From Acidobacteriota bacterium (GTDB lineage: Bacteria; Acidobacteriota; Thermoanaerobaculia; UBA5066; Gp7-AA6), in contig JBDTRB010000005.1 of NCBI GenBank assembly GCA_039931865.1, positions 137-64,136 of the forward strand: 64,000 bases of DNA. Reading direction: 5' to 3'. Within the stretch, counting starts at the first letter, position 1, and every line of letters begins with the position of its first letter. The notes under the pieces were generated by a model, which saw only the letters and a program-made list of their open reading frames with translations, did not search any database and was not told the origin of the DNA. Shown here piece after piece: positions 1-9,530 of the stretch. Made by a program: the position numbers and the translations under genes.

Positions 1-982
1 CTCCTCCCCAGGCGCCCCAACCCGCGGCCATCTTGCCGAGAAACCCGACGACCGTGAGCAGGAGCGCGAGCAGGAGCGAGGCCCTGTTTTCGGCGACGGC
101 GGGGTTCAACAAGGCCACGTTCACCTGCGCTCCGACGAAAACGAAGAACAGCGGGGCGAAGATGTCCACGATCGGCTTCAAGGCGGTGTCGATTTCGTGA
201 CGGCGGTTCGTCCGGGCGAGCACGAGTCCGGCGGCAAACGCTCCGATGATCGGCGCCGAGCCGGCCTTCGCGGCTGCGAAGGCCAGCAGCAGAGCCAGAG
301 CAACCGAGGTTCCCACGAGGATGCCACGCACGGCGGCGCGATCGACGACCCTGACGAGCCGCTTTCCGACCGGAATCCCGAGCAGGAGCGCCGCTGCCAG
401 GAAACCGATGGCAAGCCCGGTCGACCTGGCGACCGTCCAGCTCTCGACGGCTCCTCGGTCCGCGATTTGACTCACGACCGCGAGAACCACGAGCCCGAGG
501 ACGTCGTCAGCCACCGCGGCTCCCAAAATGATCTGGCCCTCCCGGGTCGCCAGTACCTTCAACTCCCCGAGAATCCTGGCGGTGATGCCAATCGACGTGG
601 CCATCAGGGCCGCGCCGACGAACACCGCCGCAAGCGTCGGGTAGCCGAGCAACCTCATGACCAGAAAGCCTCCTCCGAAAGGGAGCACCATCCCGAGCAG
701 CGCGACGAGCACGGCCGGGCCTCCTACGCGAGCGAGCTCCCCGAGATCGGTCTCGAGCCCCACTTCGAAGAGCAGCAGCATCACGCCGATCTCGGCGAGC
801 AGAAAGATCCCCTCCGAAAGCGGCACGAGACCCAGAACAGAGGGCCCGAGCGCCACGCCCGCCAGGAGCTCTCCCAGAACGGCGGGCTGACCGAACCGCT
901 CGACGATCTCTCCGAAAAGCTTCGCGCCGACGAGCGCCGCAGCGAAGGCGAGCAGAAATCCCGGGTCGAGATGATGCTCCAC
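1..982 (-). CDS. Cation:proton antiporter (CPA2/KefB-like), runs off the window start
   Basis: Not in the ORF track. Manual minus-strand translation from GTG at 982: MEHHLDPGFLLAFAAALVGAKLFGEIVERFGQPAVLGELLAGVALGPS...LLLFEVGLETD...ATSIGITARIL...AAVADDVLGL, typical CPA2 motifs. Confidence 0.88.
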   Translation of the reverse strand, partial: MEHHLDPGFLLAFAAALVGAKLFGEIVERFGQPAVLGELLAGVALGPSVLGLVPLSEGIFLLAEIGVMLLLFEVGLETDLGELARVGGPAVLVALLGMVLPFGGGFLVMRLLGYPTLAAVFVGAALMATSIGITARILGELKVLATREGQIILGAAVADDVLGLVVLAVVSQIADRGAVESWTVARSTGLAIGFLAAALLLGIPVGKRLVRVVDRAAVRGILVGTSVALALLLAFAAAKAGSAPIIGAFAAGLVLARTNRRHEIDTALKPIVDIFAPLFFVFVGAQVNVALLNPAVAENRASLLLALLLTVVGFLGKMAAGWGAWGG

Positions 983-1237
983 GCGGGAATCCTATCCGGA
1001 GGCGACGCGATGGGACGAGAGTCGGGAGAGACTACCTGAGCGACTCAGCGCCGCTTCCAGAGCCGACTGAACCGCGAGGCCCCGGGCGAGTCGCATCGTC
1101 GTGCGAGTCGCATCGTCCTGAGTGTTTACCGGATCCACGAGGCCGAACGGGCGACGGGAGTGACGCCGGGCCGGCGGGCGAACATTTCGCGGGGCTGACC
1201 TTCGCGTTCTCGCGAGATCAGCGCGCGCAAGCGCGAA

Positions 1238-2347
1238 TCACTTCACCGCCCCCGTCGTCATCCCGGAGATGAAGTAGTCGAGCGAGAGCGCGTAGACGAT
1301 CACGACCGGGATCGAGCCCAGCACCGCGGCGGCCATGAGCGGGCCCCAGAAATAGACGTCGCCGCGCACCATGTCCACGGTAATCCCGACCGGCAGCGTG
1401 CGGTTCACGGTTGAGCTGATGAAGGTCAGCCCGTAGACGTACTCCTGGAAAGACAGCGTGAAGGCGAAGATCGCCGCCGTGATGATCCCGGGCAGTACCA
1501 CCGGGATGACGACGAGCCTGAGCATCTGCATCCGCGTCGCGCCGTCTAAAAGAGCCCGCTCCTCGATCTCCTTCGGGACGCTTCGGAAGAAGCCCATGAG
1601 CAGCCACGTGCAGAACGGGACGGTGAACGTCGGGTAGGTCAGGATGAGCGACCAGATCGTGTTGTCGATCTTCAGCGCACCGACGAACTGGGAGAACGGG
1701 ATGAAGAGGATGGTCGGCGGGATCAGGTACGTCAGGAAGATCACGATCCCGAGCATCCGGTTCCCGCGGAAGTCGAGCCGCGCGAGGGCGTATGCGGCGG
1801 GCACCGCGAGAAGCAGCGTGATCAGCATCACGACGAGCCCGGTGATGAGGCTGACCCGCAGCCACCGGTAGAAGGGCGTCGAGACGAGATACCGGTAGTG
1901 CGTGAGACTGGGGCTCGCCACTTCGATGAACCCGATCACCTCGTTCGGATGCGCGATCGATCCGGAGGGCACGCGGATCGCCGCGAGCTTTCCGTCCACC
2001 GGGCTCTCGACTTTCCGGGAGCCGATGAACGCGATCGGCTCCGGGTTCCGCACACTGTCGCTGCGGGTGGTCGCCGCGCCGGACGCCACCTTCCACTGGA
2101 TGACGCCTTCCGGGAACGAAGCCGGAACGATGATGTCCTTGTGGTACGGCCGGTGGGTGTTGCCGTCGACGTTCGAGAACCAGAACGGGTTGCGCTTCAA
2201 GTCGTACAGGTTCGGATCCGCCTTCAGCGAGGTAATGAGCATCCAGTAGAAGGGGAACAGGGCGAAGGCGAGAAACGGCGCGAGGCCCGCGTACGAGATG
2301 AGCGAGGGCCGGATCCGGCGCCAGAAGAGATACCCGCGCGAGCTCAT
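1238..2347 (-). CDS. Carbohydrate-type ABC permease (MalG-like) with an ~85-aa periplasmic insertion
   Basis: ATG at 2347 overlaps the upstream stop (ATGA); FPFYWMLITSLK N-terminus; EAA-like loop EIEERALLDGATRMQ. Confidence 0.9.
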   Translation of the reverse strand: MSSRGYLFWRRIRPSLISYAGLAPFLAFALFPFYWMLITSLKADPNLYDLKRNPFWFSNVDGNTHRPYHKDIIVPASFPEGVIQWKVASGAATTRSDSVRNPEPIAFIGSRKVESPVDGKLAAIRVPSGSIAHPNEVIGFIEVASPSLTHYRYLVSTPFYRWLRVSLITGLVVMLITLLLAVPAAYALARLDFRGNRMLGIVIFLTYLIPPTILFIPFSQFVGALKIDNTIWSLILTYPTFTVPFCTWLLMGFFRSVPKEIEERALLDGATRMQMLRLVVIPVVLPGIITAAIFAFTLSFQEYVYGLTFISSTVNRTLPVGITVDMVRGDVYFWGPLMAAAVLGSIPVVIVYALSLDYFISGMTTGAVK

Positions 2348-3681
2348 GCTTCCCGCCGCAGGAACTGGAGCATGAAGAACACCATGATGGCCATGATGGG
2401 GAACATGAAAAGTGACGTCGCAGCGCCCTTTCCGAGGTAGCCCGCGTTCACGCCGAGCTGGTACGCGTACGTCGCGAGCACCTGCGTCTGGTCGTAGGGG
2501 CCCCCCTTGGTGATGATCCAGATCGTGTTGAAGTCGGTGAACGAGAAAATCACCGAGAACAGCAGGGAGACCATCAGGATCGGCCGCACCATCGGCGAAA
2601 TGATGTGAACGAAGCGCTGAAAGCCGTTTGCTCCTTCGAGCTTCGCGCGCTCCAGGATCTCGTCGGGAATCGCGGTCAGGCCCGCCAGGATGATGATGGT
2701 CGTGAACGGGAAGCCGCGCCAGACGTTCACCGCGATGACGGACAGCATCGCGAAGTCCTTGTCGCCGCGGAAGTTGATGATGTGCTGCGGGGAGAGAAAG
2801 CCCCAGTGCACCAGGCACCAGTTGATGACGCTGTAGGTCGAGTCGAGGATCCATAGCCACGCCTGCGCGCTGATGGCGATGGGGATGACCCACGGGATCA
2901 CGACGAGCCCGCGCAGCAGGCGCCGTCCACCGAACTTGCGGTTCAAGAGGAGGGCGCAGGGCACGCCGATCAGCAGCTTCAGGATCTCGGTCCCGAACGT
3001 GTATTTGAACGTGTTCTTCAGGGCGAGAAGGAAGTTCGGGTCCTGGAGGACTCCGGTGCCGTGGATGTCGACGCGCGTCTTCGCGGGCACGAGCAGCTTT
3101 TTCGCCGCGAGGTCCACGGCGGCGCGGGTCTTGAACGTCCCCAGCGTGATCGAGGACTCCTTCGCGTGGGCGACGACTTCCGCCTGACCGCCCGCGGTAC
3201 GCACGTTCCAGTCCGTGTCCTGGAGGATCGTCGACGCGGCGAACGTGGCGTCGTCCTCCTTGGCCATGTCGAGGAGCGGAATGGATTTTCCGGCGGCCGC
3301 AATCGCTGCGCGCGATCCTCCTCCGGGAGCGGCGGAGGTCTCGATCTTGAAGCCGGCGCGGCCGGCGAGAAATGCGCGGGCAGCGGCTTCGGAGGGGAAT
3401 CTCCCGATCACGAAGTCGTTCGCGAGCAGGTCGTAACTCTGGATCTTCGAGTAATTCGCCGTTCCGATGTAGCTCCACTTCTGGTTGCCGGCCTGGGCGT
3501 CGGAAAGCGACAGGTAGATCGACATGCCGAACGGGTAGGCGATGAAGAGGGCGAGGTACAGGGCGGCGGGCAGCACGAGCGCATACCCGAGCGGCGCCTC
3601 GCGGTCGAAGAGCCGCGCGCGCGGTTTTCGCGGCGGCGCGGGGGCTGCCGCGGTCGGTTCAAGAGGAGGCGCCGCGCTCAG
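2344..3681 (-). CDS. Carbohydrate-type ABC permease (MalF-like) with an ~130-aa periplasmic insertion; start uncertain (probable CTG)
   Basis: YPFGMSIYLSLS, WRGFPF, EAA-like ERAKLEGANGFQRF; CTG at 3681 overlaps the ATPase stop, with GGAGG upstream. Confidence 0.85.
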   Translation of the reverse strand: MSAAPPLEPTAAAPAPPRKPRARLFDREAPLGYALVLPAALYLALFIAYPFGMSIYLSLSDAQAGNQKWSYIGTANYSKIQSYDLLANDFVIGRFPSEAAARAFLAGRAGFKIETSAAPGGGSRAAIAAAGKSIPLLDMAKEDDATFAASTILQDTDWNVRTAGGQAEVVAHAKESSITLGTFKTRAAVDLAAKKLLVPAKTRVDIHGTGVLQDPNFLLALKNTFKYTFGTEILKLLIGVPCALLLNRKFGGRRLLRGLVVIPWVIPIAISAQAWLWILDSTYSVINWCLVHWGFLSPQHIINFRGDKDFAMLSVIAVNVWRGFPFTTIIILAGLTAIPDEILERAKLEGANGFQRFVHIISPMVRPILMVSLLFSVIFSFTDFNTIWIITKGGPYDQTQVLATYAYQLGVNAGYLGKGAATSLFMFPIMAIMVFFMLQFLRREA

Positions 3682-4793
3682 AGAGTCGCCTCCGTCTCGC
3701 CGTCGAAGAGGTACGCGCGGTTCATGTCGAACCACAGATCCACGCGGTCGCCCTGTCGCACACCGGCGTGGATCTCGGTCTCCATCTGGAAGGTGCCCGC
3801 CTCGCCGCGCGCCGTGACCACGACGCGGTGGCCGAGCGGCTCGACGACCTCGATGACCGCGGGGACTTTTGCCGGGCTCGCAACGGCGGCCCACGCGAGA
3901 TCGGAGAGGGCGCGGCCGCTCTGTGCCACGGAAATGTGCTCGGGCCGTATCCCGAACGAGACTTTCCTTCCCACGCGGGACGCGAGCTCTGGCCGTGGGA
4001 GCTCAAGCCGAAGGTCGCCGGGGAGCGCGAGCGCCACTCCGGAACCCTCAGCAATGAGCTCCCCTTCGAAAAAATTCATCGGCGGGCTGCCGATGAATCC
4101 GGCGACGAAACGGCTCGCGGGCCGGTCGTAGACCTCGAGCGGCGTGCCCACCTGGCAGATCACGCCGGCGTTCATGATGACGATCCGGTCTCCCATCGTC
4201 ATCGCTTCGACCTGGTCATGGGTCACGTACACCATCGTGGACTGCACGCTCTGGTGCAGCCTCTTCAATTCCGTGCGCATGTGGACGCGGAGCTTCGCGT
4301 CCAGGTTCGAGAGGGGCTCGTCGAAGAGCAGCACGCCCGCCTGGCGGCAGAGGGCCGCTCCCACGGCGACCCGCTGCCTCTGGCCGCCGGAGAGCTGCCG
4401 CGGCTTGCGGTCGAGATGGTCCGCGAGTCCCAGGATTTCCGCGACCTCGCGGACCCTCTGATTGATCTGGTCGCGCGGCATGCCGCGCAGACGGAGAGAA
4501 AAAGACATGTTCCGCGCGACCGTCATGTGCGGATAAAGCGCGTAGCTCTGGAAGACCATCGCGATGTCGCGATCGCGGGGAGGGAGATGCGTGACCGAGT
4601 GGCCGCTGATCCGGATGTCGCCGCCGGAGACTTCCTCGAGGCCCGCGATCATCCGAAGAGTGGTCGTTTTTCCACACCCGGAGGGGCCGACCAGGATCAC
4701 GAATTCCTTGTCGCGAATGGTCAGGTCGATTCCGGCGACCGCCAGGACGTCACCGAATCGCTTCTCCACCCGCTCGAGGACGACTTCGGCCAT
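3678..4793 (-). CDS. ABC transporter ATP-binding subunit (MalK/UgpC family)
   Basis: Walker A GPSGCGKTT, LSGGQRQR, FDEPLSNLD, YVTHDQ, C-terminal TOBE-like region. Confidence 0.95.
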   Translation of the reverse strand: MAEVVLERVEKRFGDVLAVAGIDLTIRDKEFVILVGPSGCGKTTTLRMIAGLEEVSGGDIRISGHSVTHLPPRDRDIAMVFQSYALYPHMTVARNMSFSLRLRGMPRDQINQRVREVAEILGLADHLDRKPRQLSGGQRQRVAVGAALCRQAGVLLFDEPLSNLDAKLRVHMRTELKRLHQSVQSTMVYVTHDQVEAMTMGDRIVIMNAGVICQVGTPLEVYDRPASRFVAGFIGSPPMNFFEGELIAEGSGVALALPGDLRLELPRPELASRVGRKVSFGIRPEHISVAQSGRALSDLAWAAVASPAKVPAVIEVVEPLGHRVVVTARGEAGTFQMETEIHAGVRQGDRVDLWFDMNRAYLFDGETEATL

Positions 4794-4883
4794 GGGGCAG
4801 ATTTACGAGGAGGGGAGAGGCCAAACGCCGGGAAGGAGGCGAAATACCACCCCCGCCCGGCGCCCGGCGCGCACCTTCAGACG

Positions 4884-6182
4884 CTAAACCGCCCGCAACT
4901 TCTGTTCCGCGTCTTCCATCGCCGCGCGGGGCGACTTGCCCTTGGCGACTTCCGCGAACATTGTCGGCACGATGAACTTGGCGTACATGGTGGTCGCCGT
5001 CTTCGTCATCGGGCCGGGATAGCCGATGAACTTCACGTCGTTCTGAAAATCCTGCAGAAGCTCGAGCTTCGGCTCGTGTCCGAGAACCGGCATCGGCTTA
5101 TTCCAGAACGCCTTCAGCATCGGATGGTTGTAGCCGGTGGAAGCCTCCATGCCCTTCAGGCCCGCGGCATTCATCGCGTAGAGAAATTCCTTGCCGAGAT
5201 CCTGCGCCTTGGAGAAGTTGTAGATGCCGTATGACATCGTGCGGGCGCCGTTGACACGCCCGGCGGGACCGAGGGGCGTCTTGACGACTTCGAGATTCTT
5301 GTAGACGTCCGGGTTGTCTTTGGCGGCCGTGCGATACGCGCTGATGGGATTGCAGACCAGCGAGCCCTTACCCGACGCGATGAAACGGTTGTTGGAGGTG
5401 TCGTCCCACGAGAGAACCTCGTCCGTCATGGTCTCCTTGAAGAACTGTTCGCCGAACTTCAGGACGTCGACGATCTCTTTCTTGCGGAAGTTGACCTTTC
5501 CGTCCTTGTCATAGAGGTACGCCTTGAACGAAAGCATCAGCGGGAGGAGGTTGTCGTTGGCGTCCGGGGTCTGCGAGAAGGGGATGCCGAAGGGATAACC
5601 CGCCTTCTTCAGCTTCGCTCCCGCGGTGATCAGGTCCTGCCAGGTGGTCTTCTCCGTGTAGTCCGCCCCGACCTGGTTGAAATAGGCGCGGTTGATGATG
5701 AACGGATAAGCGATGTACCACGAGGGCACCGCCAGCCATTTTCCGCGCACCATGCCGATGTCCTTCGCCTCGGGAAGCCACCCGCCGAATTCCTTGCCGA
5801 GCCGGTTCGCGACGTCGGACACATCGACCAGGATCTGGTCGTAGAGCCAGGCGCCCGTGCCGTTCAGATGGAACACGTCGTGGCCGCCGCGCCGCGAGAT
5901 GTCGGCGGCGATCGCCGTCGGCAGGTCGGCGGTGGCGACGTAGTCGACCTCGACCCGGCACTTGTTCTTCTCGCCGAACTCCTTCGCGAACACGTCGAAA
6001 TACTTGTCGTAGTCAGGGACGAAATGTTTCCAATGGACGACCTTGAGCACCCGGTCCTGCGCAAAGGCGTTGCGGACGAACACCGTCGGCGCCGCGAGGG
6101 CCGCGCCGGCCGCCAGTGTCGCCTTCAGGAATTCCCGCCGGCCGATCCCGGAACCGCTCTCTTTTTTCGGACGATCCTTCAT
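4884..6182 (-). CDS. ABC substrate-binding protein (SBP_bac_1-type), Tat-exported
   Basis: ATG at 6182 after GGGAG; GRREFLK twin-arginine signal ending AFA-Q; HWKHFVP and WDDTSNNR motifs shared with the 24508-25845 paralog. Confidence 0.9.
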   Translation of the reverse strand: MKDRPKKESGSGIGRREFLKATLAAGAALAAPTVFVRNAFAQDRVLKVVHWKHFVPDYDKYFDVFAKEFGEKNKCRVEVDYVATADLPTAIAADISRRGGHDVFHLNGTGAWLYDQILVDVSDVANRLGKEFGGWLPEAKDIGMVRGKWLAVPSWYIAYPFIINRAYFNQVGADYTEKTTWQDLITAGAKLKKAGYPFGIPFSQTPDANDNLLPLMLSFKAYLYDKDGKVNFRKKEIVDVLKFGEQFFKETMTDEVLSWDDTSNNRFIASGKGSLVCNPISAYRTAAKDNPDVYKNLEVVKTPLGPAGRVNGARTMSYGIYNFSKAQDLGKEFLYAMNAAGLKGMEASTGYNHPMLKAFWNKPMPVLGHEPKLELLQDFQNDVKFIGYPGPMTKTATTMYAKFIVPTMFAEVAKGKSPRAAMEDAEQKLRAV

Positions 6183-6363
6183 GGCGTCTCCCTCTCTGGA
6201 GCCATCGGGCGGATGACCCCGACCTGACACAGGGACTTCTTCGATTGCGCCGAATCGTATGCCACTCACCCTGCATCCCGAAGCCAAAAAGCAAGGCCGG
6301 CGCCGGACCGGCGTGCCGCGCCCGCTGATGTAGTCTCGAAGGGGTTTTGGCGGGGAGGAGACC

Positions 6364-7941
6364 ATGGCGAGCGGAGTTCAGGTCCTCGGAAGATCGCCCG
6401 CATCCGCGAAAACGGTCCTGTCGGACGGCGCTCTGGCCTTCGTCGAGTCCCTGGCGCGGCGGTTCGAGCCGATACGCCAGGACCTTCTGGCGAGGCGGGC
6501 ACAGCGGCAGGCGCGTTTCGACGCCGGGGAGCTGCCGGACTTCCCTTCCGAAACCGAATCGATCCGGCGGGATGACTGGAGGGTCGCGCCGGCGCCTCCG
6601 GACCTCGAGCGCCGCTGGGTCGAGATCACGGGACCGGTCGAGCGCAAGATGATGATCAACGCGTTGAACTCCGGCGCCGACGTATTCATGGCCGACTTCG
6701 AAGACTCGCTTTCGCCCACCTGGGAGAACGTGGTCACGGGGCAGATGAACCTGATCGACGCGGTCCGGGGGGAGATCTCGTGGGACAGCCCCGAGGGCAG
6801 GAGCTACCGCCTCAATCCGCAGGTCGCGACGCTGCTCGTGCGGCCCCGCGGCTGGCACCTCCCCGAGAAACACGTCGAGGTCGACGGGAAGCCGATTTCC
6901 GCGAGCCTGTTCGACTTTGGCCTGTACGTCTTCCACAACGCGCGCGAGCGCATCGCCCGGGGCACGGCGCCGTACTTCTACCTGCCGAAGATGGAGAGCC
7001 CGCTCGAGGCGCGCCTGTGGAACGACGTCTTCCTGCTCGCGCAGGAGAAGCTCGGAATCCCGCGCGGCACCTTCCGCGCGACCGTGCTCGTCGAGACGTT
7101 TCCCGCGGCGTTCGCCATGGAGGAGATCCTCTGGGAGCTGAAGGAGCACGCGAGCGGCCTGAATGCCGGCCGGTGGGACTACCTCTTCTCGACGATCAAG
7201 AGCCTGCGTGAGCGCAAAGACCTCGTGCTGCCCGAGCGCGCTCAGCTGACGATGACGGTCCCTTTCATGCGGGCGTACACCGAGCTTCTGGTTGCGACGT
7301 GCCACCGCCGCGGCGCGCACGCGATGGGAGGCATGGCGCCGTTCATCCCGAGCCGGAAAGACCCAGAGGCCAACGAAGTCGCGCTCGCGAAAGTGCGCCA
7401 GGACAAGCAGCGCGAAGCCTCCGACGGTTTCGACGGAACGTGGGTCGCGCATCCCGGCCTCGTCGGAATCGCGCGAGAGGTCTTCGAGAAGACGCTGGCC
7501 GGCCGGCCGAATCAGAAGGAGCGGCTTCGCGACGACGTGAGAACGACCGCCTCCATGCTCGCCGACACGCGCGTCCCCGGCGGCTCTGTGACAGAAGCCG
7601 GGTTTCGGAACAACGTGAACGTCGCCCTCCAGTACCTGAGCTCCTGGCTGCAGGGCAACGGCGCCGCGGCGATCTTCAACCTCATGGAGGACGTTGCCAC
7701 CGCGGAAATCTCCCGCTCCCAGCTCTGGCAATGGATCCACAACGGCGCATCGCTCTCGGACGGCACCCGCGTGACGCTCGAGCTCTACCGGAAGGTGCGG
7801 TCCGAGGAGATGGCCGCGCTCGGCGGAGACGGTGGTGGAGCCGGGCGGCTCGGAGAGGCCGCGAAGATCTTAGACGAGCTGGTCGAGAGTCCGCGCTTCA
7901 CCGAGTTCCTGACGTTTCCGGCGTATCGCCTCCTGGAGTAG
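6364..7941 (+). CDS. aceB: Malate synthase A
   Basis: [44 protein letters not shown]; GAGGAG RBS. Confidence 0.96.
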   Translation: MASGVQVLGRSPASAKTVLSDGALAFVESLARRFEPIRQDLLARRAQRQARFDAGELPDFPSETESIRRDDWRVAPAPPDLERRWVEITGPVERKMMINALNSGADVFMADFEDSLSPTWENVVTGQMNLIDAVRGEISWDSPEGRSYRLNPQVATLLVRPRGWHLPEKHVEVDGKPISASLFDFGLYVFHNARERIARGTAPYFYLPKMESPLEARLWNDVFLLAQEKLGIPRGTFRATVLVETFPAAFAMEEILWELKEHASGLNAGRWDYLFSTIKSLRERKDLVLPERAQLTMTVPFMRAYTELLVATCHRRGAHAMGGMAPFIPSRKDPEANEVALAKVRQDKQREASDGFDGTWVAHPGLVGIAREVFEKTLAGRPNQKERLRDDVRTTASMLADTRVPGGSVTEAGFRNNVNVALQYLSSWLQGNGAAAIFNLMEDVATAEISRSQLWQWIHNGASLSDGTRVTLELYRKVRSEEMAALGGDGGGAGRLGEAAKILDELVESPRFTEFLTFPAYRLLE

Positions 7942-7963
7942 CGCGCATGGAAGGACTTCGGGC

Positions 7964-9433
7964 ATGAGCGCCTCCTCGTCCGCGGTCCCCGAGCGCGTCC
8001 TGGCAGGCATGGCCGCGATCGTCGGAAAGAGCCACTGCGTCAGCGAGCCCGCGCAGCTGCGGACGTACGAGAGCGACGGTCTGGCCAGCTTTCGCGTCAC
8101 GCCCGGGCTGGTCGTTCTGCCGGCGTCGACCGCAGAGGTCGCCGCCGTCGTGCGTCTCGCGGCGGATGCCGGGCTTCCGATCGTGGCGCGCGGGGCCGGG
8201 ACCGGGTTGTCCGGCGGAGCGCTCCCGGTGACCGGATGCGTCGTCATCGGCCTCGCCCGCATGAAGAAGATCCTCGAGGTCGATTACGAGAACGAGTGGA
8301 TGCGGGTCGAGCCGGGCGTGATCAATTTGGACGTCAGCAAACGAATCTCTTCCGAGGGCTACTACTACGCGCCGGATCCTTCCTCGCAGAGCGTCTGCAC
8401 GATCGGCGGAAACGTCGCGGAGAACTCCGGCGGAGCGCACTGCCTGAAATACGGTTTCACGGTGAATCACGTCCTCGGGGCCCGGATCGTCCTCGGCGAT
8501 GGCTCGGTCCTCGATCTTGGGGGGCCGGTCGGTGACGCTCCCGGATATGACCTGCTCGGCGTCCTCGTCGGAAGCGAAGGGATGCTCGGCATCGTTACCG
8601 AGGTCGTGCTGCGGATCCTCCGGAAGCCCGAAGCGACGCGCACCTTCTTCGCGACGTTTCCTTCGACCGACGAAGCCGGTCACGCCGTGTCGGCGATCAT
8701 CGCGTCCGGGATCGTGCCGGCGGCGATCGAGATGATGGACCGGCTGGCGATCGTGGCCGCGAAGGCCGCGACCGGCCTGGACTGGCCCGACGTCGGCGCC
8801 GCCCTGCTGATGGACGTCGACGGGCCGCTGGCGGAAGTCGAGCACACCTCGGAATCGGCGACGCGCCTCGCCGCCGCCGCCGGCGCGATCGAGATCCGCC
8901 GCCCCCGGGACGAGAACGAGCGGCAGCTGATGTGGAAGGGGCGCAAGAGCGCGTTCGCCGCCGTGGGACGCATCAGCCCGAACTACATCGTGCAGGACGG
9001 CGTCATCCCGCGCTCGTCGATCGCGCCGGTGCTCCGGGAGATCGAGGCGCTCGCGGTCGCCGCGGGGCTGCGGGTCGCGAACGTCTTTCACGCGGGGGAC
9101 GGAAACCTGCATCCCCTCGTCCTCTACGACGCGCGCGTTCCGGGAGAGGAGAAGCGCGCCGAGGAGCTCGGCGGGGAAATCCTCCGCATCTGCATCCGTT
9201 CGGGGGGATCGATCACGGGCGAGCACGGCGTCGGCGCCGACAAGGCGCCCTACATGGCGGAGATGTTCGGCGAGGGAGATCTCGACACGATGGGCCGCGT
9301 GCGCTGCGCGTTCGACCCGGCGAACCGGTTCAATCCCGGGAAGGTGTTCCCGACTCCGCGGCTGTGCGGAGACCGGCCGGGGCCTTATCGTCCGCATCCG
9401 ACGGAGCTTTCGGGGGAGGCGGGACGGGGATGA
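7964..9433 (+). CDS. glcD: Glycolate oxidase FAD-linked subunit
   Basis: RGAGTGLSGGA, PDPSSQ, GGNVAENSGGAHCLKYG, HAGDGNLHP, GEHGVG. Confidence 0.93.
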   Translation: MSASSSAVPERVLAGMAAIVGKSHCVSEPAQLRTYESDGLASFRVTPGLVVLPASTAEVAAVVRLAADAGLPIVARGAGTGLSGGALPVTGCVVIGLARMKKILEVDYENEWMRVEPGVINLDVSKRISSEGYYYAPDPSSQSVCTIGGNVAENSGGAHCLKYGFTVNHVLGARIVLGDGSVLDLGGPVGDAPGYDLLGVLVGSEGMLGIVTEVVLRILRKPEATRTFFATFPSTDEAGHAVSAIIASGIVPAAIEMMDRLAIVAAKAATGLDWPDVGAALLMDVDGPLAEVEHTSESATRLAAAAGAIEIRRPRDENERQLMWKGRKSAFAAVGRISPNYIVQDGVIPRSSIAPVLREIEALAVAAGLRVANVFHAGDGNLHPLVLYDARVPGEEKRAEELGGEILRICIRSGGSITGEHGVGADKAPYMAEMFGEGDLDTMGRVRCAFDPANRFNPGKVFPTPRLCGDRPGPYRPHPTELSGEAGRG

Positions 9434-9530
9434 GAAAAGGGTTGAAGGTTCAGCGTTCCGCGTCTGAAGTCTCGGCGCTCTGGAGCCTCCTCTGAACCTG
9501 ACTGTTCGAGAAGGGCTCGAGAGTGACGCG

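Noticed and set aside
197-1039. 280-aa plus-strand ORF and the many other long Arg/Pro/Gly-rich overlapping ORFs (e.g. 6013-7740, 14665-16956, 23446-25881)
   Set aside because: Antisense or off-frame shadows of clear genes; expected in high-GC DNA with few stop codons
983-1237. Na+/Li+ or c-di-AMP riboswitch upstream of the antiporter
   Set aside because: No recognisable consensus, and the -10 box 6 nt from the start implies no leader
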